NCBI GenBank assembly: GCA_050575255.1
Contig: JBNZDD010013635.1
Location: 2,601,734 to 2,665,733, forward strand
DNA from: Harriotta raleighana
Taxonomy: Eukaryota
Reading direction: 5' to 3'
Length of the DNA stretch: 64,000 nt
Shown here: one piece after another, positions 1 through 12,317 of the stretch
Layout: every line of letters starts with the position of its first letter
Position numbering within the stretch: position 1 is the stretch's first letter
Position numbers and translations under genes: made by a program
Notes under the pieces: model-generated
What the model was told of the DNA's origin: nothing
Seen by the model: only the letters and a program-made list of their open reading frames with translations
Database searches by the model: none

Positions 1-25
1 TGAAGGAATGTGACATGAAACATAC

Positions 26-165
26 CAGCAAAGCATCTTTAGCCGCCTCACACCTCTCCTTCCTTCCGGAAATAATAATGATATCGTTCTTCTTTGGGAC
101 TGCAGGATCAACTTTAACTTCGCCATTGGTCTCTCCGTTCTCATGGACATGCTGCTGCTCAGGCC
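26..165 (-). CDS. HDLBP: HDLBP coding exon 19 ([12 protein letters not shown]...[18 protein letters not shown])
   Basis: 140 nt, tacag|...|gtatgt, phase 1 to 0. Confidence 0.92.
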
Positions 166-3100
166 CTGTAGGACAATGTGATGCATAAGATCTTCCATGT
201 TCTACTCCATTACTTTAAATCCATACATGGTCAGGCCCACGTTGCCTTGACAACCTTCCTGCTCTAGCCACACCGTTCACTCAGCAAACATTGGCCCACT
301 TCATGTCACCTGCTCAATTCACTACCATTGGTGGTCAAGCTTTCAGCTATTCTGCTCATTCCCTGGAGTCCTGTAGCTCAGTGGTTAGAGCACTCGTCTC
401 GCAAGCAAGAAACCTGGATTCAATTCCTTGCAGTTCAAAAAACTTTGGGCAAGTTTTCATACTCCACACATCTGATAATACCTCAAAAAACAATTGGTCA
501 TTTCAATCTAAAATGGTTTGCGGGACTCTGCTGTGCGCAATTGGCTGTCACGCTTCATCCACATATATACANGGTTTTCATACTCCACACATCTGATAAT
601 CCCTCAAAAAACAATTGGTCATTTCAATCTAAAATGGTTTGTGGGACTCTGCTGTGCGCAATTGGCTGTCACGCTTCATCCACATATATACAGTGAATTC
701 ACCTTACAGTATATTCTGTGAAACGCTTTGAGATGTCTAAAAGGGCTGATAAGCGCTATATCACATGCAAGGATTATTATGATTATTAGCCCTGCAACAC
801 TAGATATTGAGTCACAAATTGCACTTGTTAGTAATAAAGGAGCATAGTTTAGCCTAGCTGGGAGATTTTGGTGTCCAACATGTATATCAGTGAAGACTAT
901 ATTAGATGCACTGAGGCAATGGTGGAAATTAGTAAAAGTTATCAAATCAGTTTCCCAACATTTGCTGGCTAAATATTCATAGGTGATGATATTTCACTGT
1001 AGGAGGCTTCTTGTGTGTAGCATTTATTTATAGTCCATATCTTAGGAAAGGCAAACTTGATCATAGGTATTCTTGTTCTCACTGTAACAATCACTGTAAC
1101 ACTGTCACAATGAAATAGGAGCTAGGAATGAAATGGGAGTTGTACCTGGATTCTCCTCACGTTCAGGAAATTTGATCTGCACCAGGTGGTCCTTGGTTAT
1201 CTGCTGCACTTTTAAGCCTTTAGCACCCATCACCATGCGATGAAACCTTTGGTTAATCACGCATTCAATGGTCACTTGAGCTTCCTGTAGAAAAACAAAA
1301 AGGTTTACCAGCCTCAGCATAGCGTTCCTCAGCATTTAACTCACTGCAGGTCCGTTCCACTAGAGCCTTGCCTCCTTACCAGGTCCTCGATGATCTCCTG
1401 CATGCGTTTCTTGGCCGCGTCCACACAATCTTTGGCTCCCTTCAGTGTCACGCGATCGCTCTGAGTGCCGGTACGAGGGAAGCTGACCATCACCCCACCA
1501 TATTCATCAGCGACGTCCCGCAAGACTTGTCCGCGGCGTGCCACAAAATGACGATGGTGTTTGGGGTCAACAGTCATCACATCCTCAATGACATTATCCT
1601 GTAAAGCAGGGAAGAGAGAGAGAAAACAAAAAAATCACGTGTGGGGGAATTGATCACTCAATAATACTTACTCCCTTTAAACACATTCTTTATCATTGTG
1701 ATGCCACCTCCGTATTCGAGTCCATCATTGGAAAGATCCTGCAGTATTTTTCTTGTGCCTGAATACTGGAGAAGGTGGCTTAAGGCAACTTTTTTTTGTT
1801 GAAAAAATAATTACTTAAGCTTCCCTCCTAGGGCAGGAAATAATCTGCATGCCCCAAACCCCCATTGCTTACAAGGTCACATGATACATGTCAATGAGAA
1901 TCACGAGTGTTAACACAAAAACAGGCAAAATGGTAAACTGGTGGTACAGAGAGTGTGATATAGGACACACATCCAAAGACCACCGAATTTATAGATTATA
2001 AACAGGCTGAGGCCACAAGCTCTGGGAATCAGTGGTGCATCAAGGAGGTTAGTGACTATTTCTCTGCACCCACCCCCACCCCCTTAAAAGCCACAGCCTT
2101 CTGCACACTGCTTCTCTGATTGGTTCCTCCCTTTACTGTTCCCTGTGATGATGAGTTCTGGCTTCTTAAGCTGGTGAGAAAGATGCCTTACCAGGTTTTT
2201 GATCAGGATCTCCAGTTCTCTCTGAGCATCCTTGACAGCTTCCTCCGTACCAACAATAGTGATCAGCTCTTGGTCTTGGTCGTCTGCTGTGGGGAAGATG
2301 ATCCGGGCCCCCGTGTTGTCGCGCACCTTGCGGATGTTAGCACCTCCGCGGCCAATCAGGAACTTGTGGTACTCGGGCTTGGCACGGAGCTCTGCTGTGA
2401 AGCTCTTGATTTGCTACATTAAAAAAAACACACCGAGGAAAGATTTACCTGGAGATAAGACAGCTTTAGCCATGGCGAGGAGGGAGGGAGGGAAAGGAGA
2501 AAAGGGGAAAAAAAAAGTCACGACTTGCTCTTGCCATCAGGGGAGATTTGTGATCTTGATGAATCAGGAGTTGACCCACAAAGCAAAAATCACTTTAGTC
2601 ACAGCAGTACACCATTCCCAGGCTAAGTGGGGGAAAAAACAAATCTGAAATGTACGAGGTGAGAATATGCAGGCACAAGCCAGCAGTACACACTGTCTCC
2701 TCTGTACAGACAGTACAAGGTTACCTTTTCCTCAGCCAAGTGAAGCAGTTGTTTCTTTGCCTTATCAACCTCCTCGGTGCTCCCTCTGATGGTGACAGTG
2801 TCACTGCCCGATCCTTCAGTAGGGAAGTGTATGTGGACCCCTCCACACTCCTCCATGATGGAGCGGACAAAGCGGCCCTTAGCACCGATCAGAGAGTTGT
2901 GGAGCTTGGCGGGAATGCAAACCTCAACCTCGGTGATATTTGCCTGGAAGAGATGTACAGTATTCAGAAATTTTAAGGTCTTGAAAGTATCCACTTTACC
3001 ACAGCACAAGATTGGGCACATAGAGACTGGAGTAATCGACTAATTGTGGGAACACAGACTAGAATCTGTTCATTGTTAAAATAGGAAAGTCTTTGTCAAA

Positions 3101-6100
3101 ATCAACAGAATGTGATTAACCATTTAAATGTGTAAAGATTGCTGTGGGCAGTCCATTACAGATGCTGATCCCTTGGTGAAGTTGATGAAGGCACCCCCCA
3201 AATGTTGTAAGAAGCGGGAACGTTTCCCCACATTCGACATCTTTAGGTTCCATGTCACCAAAACAAGCAGGTGGTGGTCTGACTGGCTACTAAATCTGGG
3301 AAAGTAGCCCAAAGTGAATCACTCTCCATTTTTCCAGGGAAGTTAGGCTCTACCCTCAGCTTCCCACCCCTTCAGCTCAGGTCCTGCATAGCCGGCATAG
3401 GGATGTCCTGTGGGAAATCCTTCAATGTCTGGCTGTATCCAACTTATCTTCAGCATGATTCATGAAAGGCTAAAAATTCTTCCCAGTCTCATTTCTTACT
3501 CTTCCTAAACAAGGTTTACAGCATACGAGTCTTTGGACAGGTCTAATGAAATCAGGGCACAAAAATGCACGGTATATATGAAAATAGCTAAGCCTGTCAA
3601 TTACAAAAAAGGTTTAGTTCACAATACGGGTAGTTGAAGGATAAGTAGGAAAATCGCTTTGTACCAGTTCCTTTTGGATGGAAAGGATTCGGTTGCGAGC
3701 TAATTCACAGTTGGCTTTCTTTCCTGTGATAACAATCATCTCAGAGTTGCTGTTCTCTGCTGGCAGATCGATCCTTGTAATGGTTTCTTCGCGGATCTGA
3801 AAACAAATTGACATCTTATCAGGACTAATGAAAGCCATTCTTACCAGACCCCAGGCCTGATAGAAAGTGAATTCAACTATTACATCTGAAAATCTTCTAA
3901 ACTCATGGCCCAGTTTATGCTTTTCAGGTATAAGCAGTAACTGTCCAACGCCTTGGGATGTCCTCCTGATGTGAAAGGCAATGTAATTGTAATTTTGCTG
4001 TTGTTATATTATCTGGAATTAACCTGAAAGGAATTTATATTAGTCAATTTTGTCAGTGATCTGACCCTCTCAACTGGTCTTTTTTTTTTTTTTGGAAACT
4101 TTGTCCATATTCCCATCCAATCTTTTAAAAATTTACATTTGCCCTTGCTCCTATAATCAATAAATGACAATTCAACCACTACATTAATTCATCTCTCCCT
4201 CTGTCACACTTATATAGCTTTGGCCTTTCACTTGGTTGCTCATCACACGTGAAACGCCATATTTAGTCCATCCACAACAGCAGCCACTATTACACACCTT
4301 CTTGATGTTTGCTCCTCCTTTTCCAATGATGTTCTTGTGAAATTGCTTGAAGATTGGAACAGAAACAGAAAAGCTGTTCTCCACCTGGGTTTAAGAGACA
4401 AATTGAATTACAGGCAGTCCTCTAGTTACGACGTTCCGAGTTACGACAATTCGAAGTTACGACGCTTAATATCAGTAAAATTACGTCCGAGTTACATCCA
4501 AAGTCTCGAAGTTACGNNNNNNNNNNNNNNNNNNNNNNNNNNNNNNNNNNNNNNNNNNNNNNNNNNNNNNNNNNNNNNNNNNNNNNNNNNNNNNNNNNNN
4601 NNNNNNNNNNNNNNNNNNNNNNNNNNNNNNNNNNNNNNNNNNNNNNNNNNNNNNNNNNNNNNNNNNNNNNNNNNNNNNNNNNNNNNNNNNNNNNNNNNNN
4701 NNNNNNNNNNNNNNNNNNNNNNCGTGTGATCTCCTGTGTTGCGCTACATCGAGTGCCAGACTCACAATGAAGCCATGTAAGTACATAGTAATATTTTATT
4801 TTATTTACAGTACTGTACATATTAGGAGGGGTGCAGGGGAGAGAGGGCAGCTCACTATACACTACAACCAATCACTGTATGTTACTGTAAGCATTATAGA
4901 GGGGTGACTCTACTTACATACAAATTCGACTTACACCACATCTTAGGAACCTAACCCTGACGTAACTTGAGGACTGCCTGTACAAATATTACCAAAACTC
5001 TGCATGTAGATTCAGATGGCTGCCTTATTCATTTCAATGTACAAGAATAATGGGAGATTAAGTTTATAGATGTGAAATCCCAATCTTATTGATTAAATTG
5101 TCAAAAATCTCATGAAACTTATGATGTTTGATGGACATGTCAATCATAGTAACTAGGAACCCGGATGTTAGTCGATTGGTGAATAATTTTCTGGGAATAA
5201 TATACTCTTCAAACAAAATATTTTTAAATTTGGACACTCAACACACGACAGTGTATGGGAGATTGCTGTGCACAATTAGCAGTCGCATTTCACCCACAAA
5301 ATACAGTCAATCCAGTTTATTGGATGTCTAGATGTCTCAATTCAGTGAATTGAAACATCTAGAAGGCTGTGGTTATAGGCTTAGTTGAGGAGGCTCATGT
5401 GGAGCATAAACGCCGACATAGACCAGTTGAGCCAAATGGCCTGTTTCTGTGCTGTATATTCTAATGTGATAAGTCATTATATCCATGTAAGGATTATGTT
5501 TATTTCATATTTGAATTCAACGAGATGGCAGTGAGGTGCTAAACTCCCTCTCAAAATAGTGTAAATGTTAGTTACATTGTCCATGACAGGACATCCTCCC
5601 ACTTCCGTGCAAAACACAGCAAAACCCAGTTCATATCCTCTTCCCCCTCTTCCAACCCTCCCACCACCCTCCGTTTATAAGTGCAGGGAGATAGTGTAAA
5701 GTCTTACCAGTTCAGCTACAACTTTCTGCAGGAACTTGGCACACTTCTCGACCTCATTTTTAGGGCCACGTAGCTGAACAACATCATTCTTCTGAGCTGG
5801 ATCTGGGAAATTAATGATGACCTGAATTGGAAAGTTTTTTTAAAAAAGTCAGCGCAACAGGAATTCATTAACCCTACCAAAATAACAGAACCAAGTCAAC
5901 CCAGCCCATACCCCTTACCTCCGGGAATTTGTCACGTATCTCCTTGACTTTCTCTCCCTTCTGGCCGATGATTGTCCGATGAAAGCGATGCTCGATGATC
6001 AAATCCTTGGTGCGTTCATTTTCCTGCAAATGTTTTTTTTAAAAAAAAGTATAACTCGAGAGAACACAATGCGATCTAAACTTCATTCGTTACATTCACT

Positions 6101-9100
6101 GGCACCTCCTGTCAACTTGAAATCCTAGCACATCGAGGTGGAAACATTAATTTGGCCCCACCACACAAAACAATTGGGCATTGGGGGGGGGGGGGGGAAG
6201 GAAATAAAAAATCAGTTTCTTGGATTGCTGTTGAGTGCCCCCTGCTGTAGCAGTAATGAGACAGCTTTAATGTCTAACCACTCCTGTAATTTGGCCAGGT
6301 TTCTGACCCGTGGGTTCCTGATAAGTAGTGGAAAGGAAGCTGGATGACATTGGTGGGCAGAGTGGATAATCCAGGTCAGAGCAGCAGGAAATTAAAAATA
6401 TATGTATGTTTTGTGAGTCACCAGCCTGAAAAACATTCATGGAACCACACTAAGCTTGTAGCAAGCCTGCATGTTATCGAGAGCCTTTTTCGTTCCAATA
6501 AAGTGTATACCTTGGCAGCCATAAGTTAGAATCCTCCACTCACCATTCTGGACGCAAGCTCTAGCAGCTCCTTTTTGGCAGATTGAACTCCTTGAGGGTC
6601 TCCTTCAATCCGGATTAGGTTGCTCTTCTCATTATCAGGAGGGATTCGCACAGACACCTTGTACAGCTCCTTGATACGATTTACTAGAAGGAAAATGGAA
6701 AACAAGTGATTATCTGAACAGTGCACCAGGTGACACTGAAGCCTGTCATCTTTAAGACTAGACATAAAATAAGTGAAACCTAAAATAAATGAAAGGAGCA
6801 ATCTGATCACACCAGCCAAGTATGAGGACACACTAAAGTGCTGCAGACCGAAAATCCAACAACAGTTGCAATGGAGATTTAAGGGCCTTTTACACACTCT
6901 TGCCCATCATCAATAATAATAATAATAACAATAATCAATGTACTCTCAAATTCAGTCATTTTCTCCTCTGTAAATTCCTTCCAGGTCATGCACTATTTTC
7001 AGACCACAGTAGATCCCACTCTGGCTGGCAGCAGATGTGGAATGATACTAAACCCATCCAGTAATTTGGTCCTCAGAAATTTTAATAGATCAGTCGAGGG
7101 AGGCCCTTTGGGCTTTTATTTCCAGAATACCATACCTACAAGAGCATTAAGAATTCTTAACAAGTCCAGTGGTACTGGTCTCAACCACCCTCCTTGGTAA
7201 ACAAAAAAAATCATTGCAACTGTCGATTATCTTGTGTAATGAAAGCAATTTTCAACCGTACATCATCACATAATGGATATTAAGTGTCTATTTATATTTC
7301 AACCATCCTTAGAAGCAGTTTGGCCACTAAATAGTTCACATCCATCCCCACATAATTGAAGCCACTTACTATTTGTTCCACTCTTCCCAATCAGATGCCG
7401 GTGAAACTTGGGATCAATTGTTATTTCGGTGTAGTCCATGCGGTTTATCTGAAACGAATACACAATGGCCAGTCAAGCTTCACCCTTCGTACAAAGCATG
7501 CACAAATGTGCGTTGAGATTTCTGACCTAATCATTTTAGTGAAATACTCTGATATGCCTCAGCAAGAAATGGAATACTAATCAATTCTACATCAGACAAA
7601 TTTGTGCTCAGCTTTTCCCACCCATTAAGACCTGGTTTCAAACTGCCCAAAAACATACTTCATTGATCCTTTCTTTTCAGCATTGGTTCAATTTAAATCT
7701 ATGCCTCAGAGCTGGAAAGGATGGTGCTCAAAGATAGAAAGTAAAAATTTCCTGTCTGGGCAGCGCAACACTTGAAAGTTATTGCTCCAAATAATTAACT
7801 AAGCACAGTTTAAACTAAAAAGTTTGACAATCATAGACAAAAATGATAAGATTTCCACAATTTTTGTATATGAATGAAGCAGTCAAGCACTATCCATGTT
7901 GTCACAAGATTTTTTGCTGATAATAACCAGTGAATTTTCATCTGTAAGATATTTCAGTTTGGGTCTGCAATTAAGTCCAGAGTCACTCACCAGATCTTCC
8001 ACAATTAGTTGAATCTGCTCCTGAACTTGTTTCACTTCTTTAGTTGGGCCTTCCATACTAATCCTATCCTCACCATCAGTGAATTCAATGTGTACCTGAA
8101 CCAACAGAATTAAAAACAGAAATGCATTCAGATTGATACCCAAATGTTCAGATTCACCTCATCTCCTCCAAAAGGTGACAGAGCTGGATACAGGCTCCTT
8201 AAAGTCACTCCAATAGAGCAGGTAGCCAGCCACGTCCTATTTCAGTCCAATGTGCATGGATGGATCACAAACCCTCTGCCTTTTCACTCCACACTTGAGG
8301 AAAATTAAGACCATTAACCGACTCCTCCCCAGCCACCTTGCACATAATTCAAACTGGAAGATGGCCAGCTCATTTTAAGATTTACTTCAGTTACTGTACC
8401 TTTGGGGTCTGCTGGGTGATGCGGCTCAGGGTCTGTCCCTTCTTCCCGATGATGAATCGATGGAGCCAGGCTGGTGCGGTCAGAGTTGCCACCCTAAAGC
8501 TATTAGCCTTGAAAAGGAAGGAGAAAATGAGAGCTCATCAGTGAATACTAACAAGAGTGAAACAAGCTTAGATAGAACAAGGCTACACAGTCACAGAAGA
8601 ACTTGATACTCAGAGATGCCTTTTTTGGCTTCCCTTTCCTTTCAAAGACATTGACTTGTGCAAACTGGCATTCAGTCCTGCTCAATCTCTAATCTCCACA
8701 GAAACGATACAAGAACTAAACGTACAATTGCCTTTCAAATTTCCACAAGTTATTCTCTCGCTGCAGTCCCCATGCCATAAATTTAACTGTTTAGCAGTTA
8801 CAAATTCATGGGATGCTCGTATCTACACATCCAAGTCAATGGAGAAAACGAAAACGTTTGTTATCTAATCCAGTCCAGAAAAGGGAATTTGAAAAGAAAG
8901 GTAAATCTAAGACTTTTTATACAACCCAAGGTGGCTTGATTGACCAGAGTATAAAAATTTGGTGTCCTTGTTTAGTGCTAGCATCACTTACTTTAGCGTA
9001 GACTTCGGTCAAAGCCTGTCCAAGTTTATCGGGTTCGCCGCGAAGGATGACGGTTTCAGAGTTGCTGTCCGAGGGTGGGATTTCGACTGAGACTCCAGTA

Positions 9101-9910
9101 CGCTCCAGAATCTCCTGCAAGGAATTGCCTTTGGGACCAATAACATACTTGTGCTGAGATTTCTTTACCTCCACAGCAATTGTTGTGGTCTTCTTTTTCT
9201 GAAAGGACATTTTTTTTGTATATAAAAAGGAGGCAAGTAGAAGATAAAGCAATTACTTGACTATTATATTTCTCCAATGAGTCACTAAAGAAAAAGCTTC
9301 AAGGAGTCAATAGATGTCACAGAACTCACTCCAATATGAGAAACAAAAATCCATCAGCACAAGGGAGATGGACTATCAGTAGATACAGTCAGTAACACAG
9401 GGTACTCACTAGGATTTATTGAGCTTGACAGTACAAGATAGCAGGATTAACATCACAAGAGATAGTCAGTCACGATGTGTTGGCTGGAGGAGTTATTGGA
9501 CTAAATACAAGGGATTAGTACTAGTGGAGTAATCCATAACATTGAGCTTGCTGGCAGACATTGCAAGTGGATGTGCATTCTGTGGACCATTCCCTGACAC
9601 CACTGTGCCTTACCTTTTCCTCATAGATCTTCTTGATGCGAGTTACAGCCTGTGCTACCTGCTCCTTCTCCCCAGTGATGACAATCTCATTCTTGTTGAC
9701 GCTCGGAGGAGGAATGTTGATTCGAGTCCCAGTCTCCTGCATCATTTCTCCAGAGACTTTGTTGAAGGCTCCGGCAATGAAGGGATGGTAAACCTTCTCA
9801 ATGTTAATCCTCTCCACAGCACGCTTATCCTAAGTAAAAAGAAAGATATTTTACCTCAAGAAAAAGGTTCTGTTTAATAGCAAACACTGACAAGGAAGGT
9901 GTATATATTA

Positions 9911-9942
<32 letters not shown>

Positions 9943-9944
9943 AA

Positions 9945-9975
<31 letters not shown>

Positions 9976-12283
9976 AAGTAAAACCTTGTTTATTCGTGCC
10001 TCGATGAACCAGAAAACCCGTTCAAACCACCATCTCAAAAAAAAAGTCCCGATTCGATGAACCGGAAGTTATCCGGCAAATAGTGATGACACGTTTAATG
10101 AATGAACTGTTGCAAGTGAGTACTGGTGCAGTACTTGGGGCTGGCTGCTAGGCAGGTCTAAACTGGTGAGACGGTTAGAGGGAATCGAGATGCTCATAAG
10201 AGTCCTGGGCAGCACTGGATCCTATGCTTTGGTTGAAATGCAGCCAATTACAGGTGAGAGAGGGGGACACACTTAGACAGATAGAGAGACAGACTCAGAT
10301 AGAGACACACAGAGAGACACACACACTCAGATACAGAGAGGGAAGGACAGGGAGACACATACAGACACAGAGAGACAGAGACACACACACACACACAAAC
10401 ACAGACAGAGAGAGAAAGAAGGGGAGAGAAAGAGAGACACACAAACATTGATAAGAGAGAGCGACACATACACAAATAGAGGGACAGAGGGACAGAGACA
10501 GGCACACACACACAGAGACAGAGAGAGACACACAAGAGACAGAGAGACACAGACAGACACACTTAGCCTCTCCTGAAAATATTCTTCCTCCTAGTCATTG
10601 TCACAAAGATTTTCGAATGTCCATCAATCCACTGCCATTTTGCAAAACCCTAAATACTTTGAGTTCTGATCGCCAACAGGACTGTCCAAGTGATATTGAA
10701 CCATAGAGTACTAGAAAGGTCCAACTGTGCTAATATAGTTAAGTTACTCAAAACCCTTCAAAAGGCCTCAGCATTTCTGCTGTGGTGGCCAATTAGACTA
10801 CCACAGGTCTATAAGGTCTTGGCTGGAAGCCCATTTGTGGGATTTTATGTGAAGCTAGATTATAGTTATGATGTCTCTAGAACATTTTATGAGGGATGGT
10901 AACAGAACAATTCAGCAAAGCATTTTGAATGAAATGCAAACAACAACAAAATTACAATTATAGGTCGTCTTTCACGTTGGGAGAACATCCCAAGTTGCTG
11001 AACAGTCAGGGATTGGGACAGAGTTGGGAGGGTGGCAGAAGGCATGATGGAAGAGGGCCTTAAGACTTGCCTTCAAGGAGGCAAGGGAGGAAGTGAGGTG
11101 AAGGAATTGTGGAGTTTCAGTGTGTGAGCGCAGAGAGGCTGAAAGCTCGGCCACCGTTGATAGGACAGGTCCGGCTGGGGACATGGAACAAACTAGAGCC
11201 CGTTGAATGGAGGTGGCGATCCAGTTGGTAGGGAGTCAGCAGGTCGGAGATAGGAGGGGGGAAAGGCTATGAATGGTCTTGAAAGTGAATGCTATTATTA
11301 AATTACTCTGTCAAAATAAGCGGAGGCCGTGAATGGCCTTGAAAATGAATGCTATTATTAAATTACACTCCTCTCAAAATAAGCAGAGGCACAAAGTTTC
11401 AGGAAGCTTTCAAAGAAAAACAAAGTACTTCATTTGTTCCGCAAATATCACTGTATAGTATTGATGCAACTAACAACCTAATTTGTACACAGTGACACCC
11501 CTCATATACCTGTTCAGCAGAGATGAGCAAGATTTCATGCCGAGCCTTCTCAATTCCTTCCTTTGTTCCGGTTATCTTGATCTGGTTGCTGGGGTCGTCA
11601 GGCCGAGGGATTTGGATCTTTGTTGCTGTTTTCAGTTCCAACTCCTGCAGCTTCTCTCCGTTCTTTCCAATCACAAAACGATGATGCTCCTTCGGGATGG
11701 CGACTGTTGCTGATGCCTAGGAAGAACATGGCAAGTCAAACAAGGACAAGCACAAACGAAGAACCCTGGGCAGACCTGACAGCTAAATAAACATGGGCAG
11801 TAAAATACTAGGTAGTAAGCCCACCCACCAGGTCTGAAAATGTCAAATATCACATAAATTGCCATTTTTAACAGCGTTTTTACTTAAACTGCCTTTGAAT
11901 GACCAGATCATAAAGATCAAATCTACGTCTCCTCCATCCACCTAGCAGAAAATTACCTGAGTCTGAAGCTTTGCCACAATCTCCTTTCTTGCTTTCATGA
12001 CTGCCTCAAGTTTTCCAGAAACCATGATGGAAAGACCTTGATCCTTGGCCAATGAGAGTTCAAGGTGTGCGCCAGTCTTCTGCATGATGTCCAGACAGAT
12101 CTTGGCCTGCTCTCCTTCCCCAAACTGGTTCATTTCCTTGTACTTGCGCTCTTCCAAAGGGACGTGAAAGACCTGATGAAATCCAGGAAGGAACTGGCTT
12201 TTAGCAGAAACATCACGAATAATCAGATTTCAGAAACAGCCCAGCTATCTAGCCCACCAAAACACCTGCTCCAGAGCTCCCAT

Positions 12284-12317
<34 letters not shown>

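Noticed and set aside
457-691. Tandem duplications at single Ns (572; also 27950, 32541, 42053, 54112)
   Set aside because: Same scaffolding artefact; small differences between copies are probably allelic
4337-4871. ORFs spanning N runs (also 18221-18729)
   Set aside because: Artefacts of assembly gaps
10224-10562. Several overlapping ORFs
   Set aside because: Microsatellite translation
11265-11390. Diverged ~60-bp tandem duplication (similar small ones at 43387-43452 and 43912-43974)
   Set aside because: Real but ordinary slippage or TE-junction duplications with no functional signal
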